Virus record (IMG/VR): IMGVR_UViG_2541047926_000010
Length of the DNA stretch: 33,170 bases
Strand: one strand, 5' to 3'
Source: a virus
Lineage: Duplodnaviria; Heunggongvirae; Uroviricota; Caudoviricetes
Below, piece after piece: positions 18,174-26,205 of the stretch. Both the position numbers and the translations under genes were made by a program. Below the pieces are notes generated by a model that was not told where the DNA came from, did not search any database, and worked only from the letters and a program-made list of their open reading frames with translations. Each line of letters starts with the position of its first letter. Position 1 is the stretch's first letter.

Positions 18174-19707
18174 ACAGCGCCTGCTTTATCAGCTGCTGCA
18201 GCTGCGTATCATCCAGCTGAGGGTAACTCGCAGCAATGATATCCAGAGCCTCATCAGGGCTTTGCCCCTTGCTCAGGGCCGAGACCAGCGGCGCAATCAG
18301 CTTATCCATGGCTTTCGCGATGCTCTCCCCTGGCGACGTGGCGCTGTCCAGCGCATCCTGTGCAGGGTCAACAACCTCGCCCGTAGTGCTCAGTGCCGCA
18401 AAATGGCGGAATACCGGCGATGTGCTCAGCCCCACCGGAGAGGGAGCAGCAGGCGGTGTCAGCACAGCTTCGTTCTCTTTTGGTACCGGAATCCCGACCT
18501 TTTTGTGTATCCATGACGTCGGGATAGTGTCCATCCCGGCGCGTACCAGCGCGGAAACACCATTGGCGAAGGTTTCAATGCTCTCCAGCTCACGGGTATC
18601 AAATACCAGACGCGGCTGACGGCGCGGGCTGACGTTATAACCATTAATGGCCAGTAACATACGAATGAAGCCACGATAAAACCCTTCCAGCTGGCGGGCA
18701 TCAGCGGTCAGCAGATCGTGGCGGACTTCGTTATGCACATTACCAAGGGCATTTGTTGAGGACTTGCCGTCCGCCTGTGACGTCAGCGTGCCGCCGAGAA
18801 TGACCTTTGATTCGGTACGTTCGCACCAGTTAATCATCGCCATGAAAGGATCGGACTGCCCCTCGGCGGCATCCTTAAATTCGATTTTGGTGTTATCAGG
18901 GATGATCCCCGAGGCGTTATGACCGATGCTGACCAGCGCCTCCATGAGTTTATCCTGCTCATCCTGACTGGCCCCGGACATATACGACCCGATGCGCGGT
19001 GGCAGCCCGTAGATTTCCAGGAACTCAGCGAGATCGCGCACGCTGTAGTTTTTAAACAGATAAGGCCAGACCAGCACGCGGTATAAGCCGGACTGCGCGA
19101 TATAGCCTGACTTGGCGTTGTGCGTATGCACCAGCCAGCCAAACGGCCAGAGTTCTTCTCCCCCCAGCGTGCCGGTGTTAAGACGCACCTCATCCCCGGC
19201 TTCCGGCGTGGTACAGAACCAGCGATGCGGACGCAGTTTGATTTTGACAGGCAGCCACAGATTGCCGTCAAGCTCCCACTTTTCAATCTCCTGAGCGGAA
19301 AAGCCATGCCCGATAGCTTCAGCCGCATTCAGGGTAATATCTTCCATCTCCTGAAGGTCAGCGAACCAGCTGGCCACCATCGCGGCGATCTGCTTTTCTT
19401 CCGCCGTCGCGTTCGGCGGTGGCTCGATGCTCCAGTCCAGAGTGAGCAGCGCATTCTTACGCTTGGCCATTTCAGAAAAGATATGCCCGTCCCGCTCAAC
19501 CATATCTTCGAAAAGGTCAGCCTGAGCCGCTAGGTCGCCGCGTTCAGCCGCTTCCAGCAGGCGAGGAAGCCGGGCAATAGTCATTCCCCGTGAGGGGTGA
19601 GTTGGCCAGTCACGCTGCAGCTCGAACGTGCGGGAGGTCTGGGGGGCTTTAAGCACCTCTTTATTAAGCGGGCGACCATACTGGTCAAGAATCTGAACCA
19701 TTATCAA
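18133..19707 (-). CDS. Portal protein (Mu gp29-like, DUF935-like)
   Basis: 524 aa; directly downstream of terminase large subunit. Confidence 0.85.
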   Translation of the reverse strand: MIMVQILDQYGRPLNKEVLKAPQTSRTFELQRDWPTHPSRGMTIARLPRLLEAAERGDLAAQADLFEDMVERDGHIFSEMAKRKNALLTLDWSIEPPPNATAEEKQIAAMVASWFADLQEMEDITLNAAEAIGHGFSAQEIEKWELDGNLWLPVKIKLRPHRWFCTTPEAGDEVRLNTGTLGGEELWPFGWLVHTHNAKSGYIAQSGLYRVLVWPYLFKNYSVRDLAEFLEIYGLPPRIGSYMSGASQDEQDKLMEALVSIGHNASGIIPDNTKIEFKDAAEGQSDPFMAMINWCERTESKVILGGTLTSQADGKSSTNALGNVHNEVRHDLLTADARQLEGFYRGFIRMLLAINGYNVSPRRQPRLVFDTRELESIETFANGVSALVRAGMDTIPTSWIHKKVGIPVPKENEAVLTPPAAPSPVGLSTSPVFRHFAALSTTGEVVDPAQDALDSATSPGESIAKAMDKLIAPLVSALSKGQSPDEALDIIAASYPQLDDTQLQQLIKQALFVSEVWGRLNAES

Positions 19708-21353
19708 AATCCTCCTGAAGGACCGAACCTGTCTCCGCTATGGCCACGACGGGGAACAGCTTTAAATTCAAAATTACCAGCGCCGGAAACGGCCAGCATC
19801 CAGAGCATATGCAGGGCATCTGGCCCGTCATCATGGTCAGCTTTGGGGAAATGCCGGAGCTGGTCGATAAGTGTTGTCTGGGAAGGGTGCAGTCGTATCA
19901 GGCCGTTGGCCATATGTGGCTGCAGTGACTCAATGCGCAGAAGCTTATCAACCGAAGGCGTGACGGCCCTGGCAGGAACGGGGATACCCATCGCAGCGGA
20001 GCGCTTCACCAGTTCGGTGCGCAGGAACTCCTGGAACTGGACGGACTCGACCGCCCAGACCAGACAGTTATATTCCCGCTGCAGCTCGATAACGTCAGAG
20101 ATAATTTTGTCCGGCACACGCTTACGGATACGCGCTTCGACCACATCCAGAATGCCGGTGAAGCGGTTGAAGCCACCGACCAGTAATGCGGAAGGGTCGC
20201 GGCTGTTACCGTGTTTACCCAGGCTGGGGTCACATGCGCCATAGAAGCGCCACTCGTTAAGGCGGTTGACCCAGAAGTTAATGCAGCCGGTAAATGGCGC
20301 ATCTTCGCCGCTGACGGGATCGTTCTGATATTCCGCATCAAAGGTACTGTGGCCATCACGGGCGCGGATGAGCATCAATGCATAAAGCGGACGCGCAGCC
20401 CATGAAACAACAGCTCCTTCATCCATCTCAGCCTGATGCTCACGGTAATATGCCTGCGCCAGAACCTGACCATCTTCATCGTTGTTGCGCAGGATCTCTT
20501 CCCATTTATCCCACAGCGACATATTGTGCGGCCAGCTGATGAGCGCTTTGAACCGGGCCCGCGTCCATAGCGGATTTTTAAGGGTGCGGGAAAGCACGGA
20601 ATCGTAGTGCAGGATTGTCCCGATATACACCACATCGAACTTGGCCCCCGCACCACCGAGCGGCAGGACGGTTTTTTTGAGCCAGTTATCGAGCTTGTCA
20701 CGCTGCTCAGGGTTACGCACCAGCTCGTCGTTCTCGATATCATCGAGCACAGCCAGGTCAGGACGATACGGGCCATGGCGCAGGCCACGCAACTTTTTAC
20801 CACTACCGGCGACCTGCACCTTAATGTCGTTGCGGGTGAGAATTGTCCCGGCCTGCCAGACGCGGCCACCGCCCGTCGCTTCAGGAAAGTCCATCAGCAG
20901 ACGGGGGTTAAACTGCAGTTCCGCCTTTATCGCCTCCAGCATCGGATAGGCCTGGTCGATGGAGTCCATAATGATGACCGGGTAATGCTTGAGCGCCAGC
21001 ACAATGCACCAGATGACAAAAAGCTGACTCACGATGGTGGATTTGGCTTCACCACGGGGAGCCGCTATTGCATCGTTCTGGCTCCCCGTGGCCTGGATGA
21101 TTTCAGGCAGGCGCTTGTAGAGATAGTTATGCAGTTCGCTGCGGGCAGCATGGCGGACATAGTGCGGAAAATAATGCTGCACAAAGTACTCAAACCCCGT
21201 TACAGGGTCAGCGACAAGGCCACGACGCGCAGCGACAGCAGCAGCAGAGGGGTCAAAGCCCACATCTTCCGCTTCAATGGTGCGACGAAGACTGGCGGAA
21301 AGTTCCGCAAGTTCGGCAAGAAAATCTTTGCTGGATAACTTAGTTCTGGCCAT
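19704..21353 (-). CDS. Terminase large subunit (Mu gp28-like)
   Basis: 549 aa; size and synteny. Confidence 0.85.
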   Translation of the reverse strand: MARTKLSSKDFLAELAELSASLRRTIEAEDVGFDPSAAAVAARRGLVADPVTGFEYFVQHYFPHYVRHAARSELHNYLYKRLPEIIQATGSQNDAIAAPRGEAKSTIVSQLFVIWCIVLALKHYPVIIMDSIDQAYPMLEAIKAELQFNPRLLMDFPEATGGGRVWQAGTILTRNDIKVQVAGSGKKLRGLRHGPYRPDLAVLDDIENDELVRNPEQRDKLDNWLKKTVLPLGGAGAKFDVVYIGTILHYDSVLSRTLKNPLWTRARFKALISWPHNMSLWDKWEEILRNNDEDGQVLAQAYYREHQAEMDEGAVVSWAARPLYALMLIRARDGHSTFDAEYQNDPVSGEDAPFTGCINFWVNRLNEWRFYGACDPSLGKHGNSRDPSALLVGGFNRFTGILDVVEARIRKRVPDKIISDVIELQREYNCLVWAVESVQFQEFLRTELVKRSAAMGIPVPARAVTPSVDKLLRIESLQPHMANGLIRLHPSQTTLIDQLRHFPKADHDDGPDALHMLWMLAVSGAGNFEFKAVPRRGHSGDRFGPSGGF

Positions 21354-21377
21354 GATTAATTTGCCCTTAACAGCCTG

Positions 21378-21584
21378 TTAATGGTGATTACGGAGGGCTT
21401 TATTAACCTCGCTGATAAAGCGGTTCATCGACTCGATGCCGGTTTTATCTCGTTCAACGTCGAGGCTGTAGCAGCCTGTCGACGTCGCGACGGTTACGTT
21501 TCTACCGCCCGCGAACCGGATCCCCAGCACGTCACTGGCCATCACAAAAATTTCACTGTTAACCCGGATTAACTGGTCAGCCAT
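21378..21584 (-). CDS. Hypothetical small protein between the terminase subunit genes
   Basis: About 68 aa from ATG 21584 (track ORF 21378..21689 trimmed to avoid overlap with terminase small subunit); weak ribosome-binding site. Confidence 0.3.
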   Translation of the reverse strand: MADQLIRVNSEIFVMASDVLGIRFAGGRNVTVATSTGCYSLDVERDKTGIESMNRFISEVNKALRNHH

Positions 21585-22077
21585 AGTGTTGTTCCATTTC
21601 CTTGCCGAATGGTTCAAGGATCTCAACGAATGCCGCCAGGTGCTTCGGATAGTGCTCTGCAACAAACGCGCTGAGCTTCTGGATAACATCCAACGCTACC
21701 GCCAGCTGACTCACCTCCGGCAGTATTTTCTTGTTGGCTGCGACGGCTTTGTTAAATGCATCGGCAAGGCTTGCCAGAAGCTCGACGCGCTCTCCCGGAG
21801 GGAGCTGAGACTCGGTTGTGAGCAGTTCCAGCGTGGTCTGATACTGGGTCATTAACCCGGTGAGAATGGCGCGGCCAATCTCTTCAAGCCCATTCCCGGC
21901 CATAAGGTGAGCGGCGCGTAACTTATCCCAGTCATCGCCTGCGTCCTGGGCTTCCTTCTTCCAGCGGCGAGCTGTCGCAAATGCCACGCCAGCCTGAGCG
22001 GAGGCGATTTCAAGCGACATCTGGCCGAAGATATAAGATCGTCGCAGTTTTTCCCGTGTTTCCTGCGGATGCGCCAT
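21577..22077 (-). CDS. Terminase small subunit (Mu gp27-like, DUF3486-like)
   Basis: 166 aa; synteny directly upstream of the terminase large subunit gene. Confidence 0.7.
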   Translation of the reverse strand: MAHPQETREKLRRSYIFGQMSLEIASAQAGVAFATARRWKKEAQDAGDDWDKLRAAHLMAGNGLEEIGRAILTGLMTQYQTTLELLTTESQLPPGERVELLASLADAFNKAVAANKKILPEVSQLAVALDVIQKLSAFVAEHYPKHLAAFVEILEPFGKEMEQHYG

Positions 22078-22078
22078 A

Positions 22079-22363
22079 TCACAACTCCAGTTTTGCGCGA
22101 ATGAGCAGAATCGCTACCGTGATGACACCGCCTGCAATTCCACCCGTAATCGCACCGGCAGACGCACCACGGCGAGCCGCATCGTCGCTGATGGTCGTGA
22201 GGCGAACATCAATCCGGCTCAGTTTGTCATTAATCCCGCCCAGAATGTCCGGGCTGACGGGGGCCTGCAGGCGGTCGAGCTGAGCGGAAATCCGGCTCAG
22301 CGTTTCCTGCTCGCTCTGGCTGATTGTCGCGCGGCGGGTTCTGCGCTTATGTCTGGCTTTCAT
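22079..22363 (-). CDS. Mu gp26-like small protein with C-terminal membrane anchor
   Basis: 94 aa; basic N-terminus; hydrophobic GAITGGIAGGVITVAILLI near C-terminus. Confidence 0.5.
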   Translation of the reverse strand: MKARHKRRTRRATISQSEQETLSRISAQLDRLQAPVSPDILGGINDKLSRIDVRLTTISDDAARRGASAGAITGGIAGGVITVAILLIRAKLEL

Positions 22364-22614
22364 TTGTCCTGTTTCCTGTCCAGTTTGTTATCAATGCGCT
22401 CGATAGCCGCTCGCAGCTCCCTCATCGCATCCATCATTGCGGTGTAGTTACTTTTCGCATCCTCACGGCGCTGGTATTCATCCCGGATGCGATCAACCGC
22501 CTTTTCCAGGTCGGTGATGTCTTTTTGCAGACGACGTATCCAGATGGTGCCGAAGGTTGCAGCCAGCGCCAGCGCAATCTGAAAGGCCATATCAAGAGTC
22601 ATAATGTTTTTCAC
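22360..22614 (-). CDS. Mu gp25-like small membrane protein (possible lysis regulator)
   Basis: 84 aa; N-terminal hydrophobic helix then charged coiled-coil-like region; adjacent to spanin genes. Confidence 0.45.
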   Translation of the reverse strand: MKNIMTLDMAFQIALALAATFGTIWIRRLQKDITDLEKAVDRIRDEYQRREDAKSNYTAMMDAMRELRAAIERIDNKLDRKQDK

Positions 22615-23243
22615 TTCCTGTAATACTCATTTATTGCCTGCAGCCTGCCCTCAAGGAGCTGGCACCATGCGCCGTATTCCGCTGAAAACGACACTATTCC
22701 AGTGGGGGAGAGTCCGCCACCGGTGCCTGTGGTCTGGCCGGTATGACCAGGAGCGCCGCTGGCGGTGGCTGGCAGATGCTGACCAGCGGGGAGGCTTTCG
22801 GCTCCTGGGTAGCCGAAGGCTTCCCGGAAGAGCTGCAGGCCCCCAGGGCCAATGCCGGTATAACCAGGACCATCTTTATCAAGTGCATCTTTAAGCCTCT
22901 TTTTAAGATCGCGAACAGTCTCGTCATGTGCCTTTTGCTTTTCAGCCAGCTCGCGGGTCAGCGCATCCGCTTTCTGCTGCCAGGCGTTCTGCTTATCAAG
23001 TGCAGCCTTCAGGTCAGCTGCATACTGATTCGCAGCACTGAGCCGCTCCTGATCCCACTGCCGTTCTTTTTCACTGAAACCATCAGTCAGGCTTTGCTTC
23101 TCCTTGCTGAAGGCCAGCGCCTGAGCGTCCAGCTTGTTGCCTGTGATGAAGGTGCCGAACCATATCCCGCTGCCTGTCAGAACCACGACGACGAGCAGCG
23201 GTTTCCAGCTAACCCTCAGGATTTTCTGGGCTGCTTCCCACAT
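22611..23243 (-). CDS. Inner-membrane spanin (Rz-like)
   Basis: ATG 23243-23241 (MWEAAQKILRV); N-terminal transmembrane helix LLVVVVLTGSGIWFGTFI, coiled-coil centre, Gly/Pro-rich C-terminus; track ORF extends further upstream to 23333. Confidence 0.7.
   Translation of the reverse strand: MWEAAQKILRVSWKPLLVVVVLTGSGIWFGTFITGNKLDAQALAFSKEKQSLTDGFSEKERQWDQERLSAANQYAADLKAALDKQNAWQQKADALTRELAEKQKAHDETVRDLKKRLKDALDKDGPGYTGIGPGGLQLFREAFGYPGAESLPAGQHLPATASGAPGHTGQTTGTGGGLSPTGIVSFSAEYGAWCQLLEGRLQAINEYYRK
22694..22888 (-). CDS. Outer-membrane spanin lipoprotein (Rz1-like), embedded in another frame of the i-spanin gene
   Basis: From ATG 22888 with GAGG 8 nt upstream; signal MHLIKMVLVIPALALGA then lipobox Cys; short Pro-rich mature part with a second Cys. 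Confidence 0.6.
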   Translation of the reverse strand: MHLIKMVLVIPALALGACSSSGKPSATQEPKASPLVSICQPPPAALLVIPARPQAPVADSPPLE

Positions 23244-23472
23244 CGCGCACCTCTCTGGCTCGTTTGATGGACATATGTTTTGATGCCTGGCTCTGTGCCA
23301 CCCACGCGCCCAGATAGGTGAGATACAGTTCACCGGGTGTTTCGGGACGGGTAACGGTGAGCCAGACCAGCACGAAGGAACTGACCAGGAAGGCCAGAAA
23401 AACGATGGTGTCTGACGTAGAGAGACGACCGGTGGCCGGGTTCGTCACCAGATCGCGCAGAGATATTTTCAT
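23209..23472 (-). CDS. Holin-like small membrane protein
   Basis: 87 aa; hydrophobic IVFLAFLVSSFVLVWLTV; ATG overlaps endolysin stop (ATGA); between endolysin and spanins. Confidence 0.4.
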   Translation of the reverse strand: MKISLRDLVTNPATGRLSTSDTIVFLAFLVSSFVLVWLTVTRPETPGELYLTYLGAWVAQSQASKHMSIKRAREVRDVGSSPENPEG

Positions 23473-24113
23473 AGCGCCGCCTTAGCGACATTCAGCCGCG
23501 CCACGCGGTCAGCCTGACCTTCAGCCGGAGGGTTGATACGCCGGGTTACGGCCAGAAAATTGCCTTTGTCAGCCAGCTCGTTGCAGCCATTTGCCTTCCA
23601 GTACCAGGCAGCGCTGCGGGCTGCGTTGAGATACTCCAGTAACAAATCGGGATTCGCGATGAGATCGAGGCCCAGCGCCTTACCGCAAAGGCGGTAATTA
23701 TCGCGCAGGGTAATCTGAATCAGGCCACGTCCGCGAAAGCGCCAGCCATCGCCTGATGCTTCATTACCGTTACCCCCCTGATTTGCGTAAACATAATTGG
23801 CCATTTTTTCAGGATTACGGGTATAGCGGCGGGCAAATTCCACCTCTCTCGGCTCGATAATACGATTCTTATTGAGATCGAAGTCGCTGCGGAAAATACG
23901 CGCCACGCGCTCAGCATCTGAGTAATAGAGATTTTCACTGAGCCGACTGAAACCCGCGCTCTCATGGCCGGTTTGAGCAATAAAGGCGGCAAGTCGGGCG
24001 GGTGTATTAATTTCGAATTCAGCGGTGGCTTTACTGAATGGTTCAAACCAGCGTTGCGCCATTACTGGCGAAAGGCCTGCGGCTCGCTGAAATTGTGGGA
24101 GTGTTAAAAGCAT
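23469..24113 (-). CDS. Endolysin, glycoside hydrolase family 19 (chitinase-like)
   Basis: 214 aa; GH19-like motifs FRGRGLIQITLRDNY and AAWYW; no N-terminal signal-anchor-release segment. Confidence 0.8.
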   Translation of the reverse strand: MLLTLPQFQRAAGLSPVMAQRWFEPFSKATAEFEINTPARLAAFIAQTGHESAGFSRLSENLYYSDAERVARIFRSDFDLNKNRIIEPREVEFARRYTRNPEKMANYVYANQGGNGNEASGDGWRFRGRGLIQITLRDNYRLCGKALGLDLIANPDLLLEYLNAARSAAWYWKANGCNELADKGNFLAVTRRINPPAEGQADRVARLNVAKAAL

Positions 24114-24190
24114 AACGCCATCCGGTTAAAAAGGAATGGCGTCAGTATTTCATCGGGTTAGGTGAATAATCAGGTGAAGGGGTTCAGTGG
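24114..24190 (-). promoter_or_regulatory. Candidate activator-dependent late promoter upstream of the endolysin gene
   Basis: Minus-strand CCACTGAACCCCTTCACC (plus 24173-24190); 23-bp spacer to -10-like AATACT; imperfect hairpin 24115-24142 directly before the ATG. Confidence 0.5.
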
Positions 24191-24191
24191 T

Positions 24192-24671
24192 TTATTCAGT
24201 CACATCTATTATTATGGGTTCATTCGATTCTGGTTCAACATCTTTTTTCACCATGTATTCCCCCTTTGCTTTAGCTTCATCAATCAATGGGAGATATCTA
24301 TAAACAATTTTCCATACTTCTTCATCTTGTTTAAAGTCAAGATTGCGGCATGCTTGCCTCTCATTCATAGGGTCTGTTGAGTTCATTTTATCAGGATTGG
24401 AAACCAATAAAATTTTCCTCCATGCGCAAGATTTCGTTTCGTTTTTCTTTATGAAATCAAACCCGCCCGTTTTAGAACTGCCTGTCTGATATGCAAAAGC
24501 TAAATTCCTTTGTGCCTGATAGCCGTCTTTAATCGCCGCGTTAATGAAATCATTCTCAGTCTTAATCGATCCCTGTGCTTGCTCAGGAATATTTAGTTTT
24601 GTTAATTGGCCGTTGTTAGCCATGCTGTTAAAGCTAATTAAAATACAACCGGCAGCAATCAAACATTTCAT
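24192..24671 (-). CDS. Secreted protein of unknown function (AT-rich moron)
   Basis: 159 aa; Sec-type signal MKCLIAAGCILISFNSMA; AGGAG 5 nt upstream of the ATG; by eye clearly more AT-rich than the flanking phage genes. Confidence 0.65.
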   Translation of the reverse strand: MKCLIAAGCILISFNSMANNGQLTKLNIPEQAQGSIKTENDFINAAIKDGYQAQRNLAFAYQTGSSKTGGFDFIKKNETKSCAWRKILLVSNPDKMNSTDPMNERQACRNLDFKQDEEVWKIVYRYLPLIDEAKAKGEYMVKKDVEPESNEPIIIDVTE

Positions 24672-24679
24672 AACTACTC

Positions 24680-25114
24680 CTAAAAAAGTGAGTTTTGTGT
24701 TGAGGTTCCATTACTCTTTTCCGCAGCAAGAAGCTGCCAACCGAAGCGATCACTAAAACCATACTTAGGGCAAAGAAAGGTCATGGCCATAAGAGAGGAT
24801 GAACCTTGTTCACGCACTTCGGCGAACTCGGCGAGAAAGCGGCGGTTGCGTAATTCACGAAGGGCACGATCACAGCGCGGTAAATAGAGAACTTCTCCGC
24901 CGAAATTCTTGATGAGTAATTGGGTTTTATCATCGCCGATAGTATTGCGCAGGAGGGCTGCGCGGCTGGCCCCCATAGCGCGGAGGCCTTTACCTATCGG
25001 GAACGTGGTGCCACCAAAAGCAGAAAGAAGCTGCTCGGTCGCCGGGAAGCCTATCAGGTCAGCTATTTGAATCACTGCTGATGGCAGCAGCTCCGTTACC
25101 TGTTCCAGATTCAT
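24680..25114 (-). CDS. Mor/C-family transcriptional activator
   Basis: ATG 25114 (MNLEQVTELLP; track ORF begins upstream at 25150); GGEVLYLPR segment resembles the Mor/C conserved core; directly downstream of gemA. Confidence 0.75.
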   Translation of the reverse strand: MNLEQVTELLPSAVIQIADLIGFPATEQLLSAFGGTTFPIGKGLRAMGASRAALLRNTIGDDKTQLLIKNFGGEVLYLPRCDRALRELRNRRFLAEFAEVREQGSSSLMAMTFLCPKYGFSDRFGWQLLAAEKSNGTSTQNSLF

Positions 25115-25535
25115 TATTACGCTCCCGCTTTTTTCGCCGACTCGCATCAATGCTGAGAGCCTGCATGAGTTTGGTTAACTGTTCAGTCGTCAACCACTCG
25201 ATGTATTTGACGTGAAACATATGATCGCACATTTTCTCGGCATAATTCCACGGACGTTTTGCATCTGCAAGTAATGCGTTAATTTTAGAAAGAATTGACT
25301 CGCGCGTATTGGCAACCTTTGGGCGTCGACCGTGTTTTACTGAGTAGCGAGGAAAACCCTTGTCATGCATATATTCCATGACAGCCTGCAGCTCGTCGAG
25401 GGTGCATTTAGTGGATGATGTTTTACCGTTGCATAAGCGAGACAGAACACTACGGTAGGTTACCTCATCCCACCCCAGATATGCCTGACCGGCTTTAATT
25501 GCCCCTATAAGGCCTCGTTTTGCTGGCGTGGACAT
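25059..25535 (-). CDS. gemA: GemA-like protein (DUF1018-like)
   Basis: ATG 25535 with AGGAG 7 nt upstream; N-terminal MSTPAKRGLIGAIKAGQAYLGWDEVTYRSVL typical of the GemA family; followed by a Mor/C gene as in Mu. Confidence 0.75.
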   Translation of the reverse strand: MSTPAKRGLIGAIKAGQAYLGWDEVTYRSVLSRLCNGKTSSTKCTLDELQAVMEYMHDKGFPRYSVKHGRRPKVANTRESILSKINALLADAKRPWNYAEKMCDHMFHVKYIEWLTTEQLTKLMQALSIDASRRKKRERNNESGTGNGAAAISSDSNS

Positions 25536-25563
25536 AATATTTCTCCTGTTGGTTGTCATTATC

Positions 25564-25587
25564 GCAGGCACTTTATGAAGTGCCTGC
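25564..25587 (-). promoter_or_regulatory. Perfect 10-bp inverted repeat with 4-bp centre upstream of gemA
   Basis: Plus GCAGGCACTT TATG AAGTGCCTGC; lies between the last accessory early gene and the gemA ribosome-binding site; no U-tract follows. Confidence 0.4.
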
Positions 25588-25602
25588 TGTAATGACTTAC
25601 TT

Positions 25603-25812
25603 TCAAGGTTTCATTTTGCTGACTGATATACCACCGATTTTCCCTTCGACCCTGACAACCAGACGACCATTGCGCATATGCCAGGCTGCCGGGCGGGTTA
25701 TTACAGTTTCCCGCTCCGATACACCAGGTGTCAGGTAATAATGGAACTGTGAGTCAACGGGGAAGCGCTGGTTAAAGGTCTTTGCTGTCAGATTTCTCAG
25801 GAGATGTCCCAT
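25603..25812 (-). CDS. Hypothetical early protein (69 aa)
   Basis: ATG 25812 with GGAGG 6 nt upstream; overlaps upstream gene end. Confidence 0.5.
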   Translation of the reverse strand: MGHLLRNLTAKTFNQRFPVDSQFHYYLTPGVSERETVITRPAAWHMRNGRLVVRVEGKIGGISVSKMKP

Positions 25813-25990
25813 AGTTTTCCTCCAGATTCGCATCGGTGGCAATAATGCTTAATGGCCATAAGAGAAAGGCAAACCAGTAATTCTGGCGGGATAAATTAGC
25901 TAATCCCACTAATCGGGCCAGAATGCATATCCAGCACCAGCCAAGTGTTAAATACATCGCCAGCAATATGATAATGAAAGCTATATCCAT
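25772..25990 (-). CDS. Small membrane protein with two predicted transmembrane helices (72 aa)
   Basis: ATG 25990 overlaps upstream stop (TGATG); hydrophobic IAFIIILLAMYLTLGWCWICILARLV and WFAFLLWPLSIIA. Confidence 0.5.
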   Translation of the reverse strand: MDIAFIIILLAMYLTLGWCWICILARLVGLANLSRQNYWFAFLLWPLSIIATDANLEENYGTSPEKSDSKDL

Positions 25991-26205
25991 CACTTTATCC
26001 CCCGAAGTTTCTTGAAAGATTCAATCGCCTTCTTCATATCAGCCTGAGTCCCCTTATTGCGTACCTTACGGTTACTGGCGTCGTAATAGTTGAACCGCAG
26101 CTTAAGTGGCACCGCCAGCAACTCGACAACCTGGCTGTTATCGCGGAAGAACCAGATTCGGCGGTTACCGTTATCCTGGAACTGGCAGCCCGTTACGCTA
26201 TGCAT
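25990..26205 (-). CDS. Small basic early protein (71 aa), unknown function
   Basis: ATG 26205 with GGAGGTGA 5 nt upstream; overlaps upstream stop by 8 nt; Lys/Arg-rich. Confidence 0.55.
   Translation of the reverse strand: MHSVTGCQFQDNGNRRIWFFRDNSQVVELLAVPLKLRFNYYDASNRKVRNKGTQADMKKAIESFKKLRGIK

Noticed and set aside
22611-23333. The longer 240-aa version of the i-spanin ORF
   Set aside because: The upstream 30 codons overlap the holin-like gene and lack spanin character; ATG 23243 gives a protein starting just before the transmembrane helix.
24192-24671. Lipoprotein call for the secreted moron (A-A-G-C near the N-terminus)
   Set aside because: The Cys is at position 9, too close to the N-terminus for a lipoprotein signal; a Sec signal cleaved after SMA fits better.
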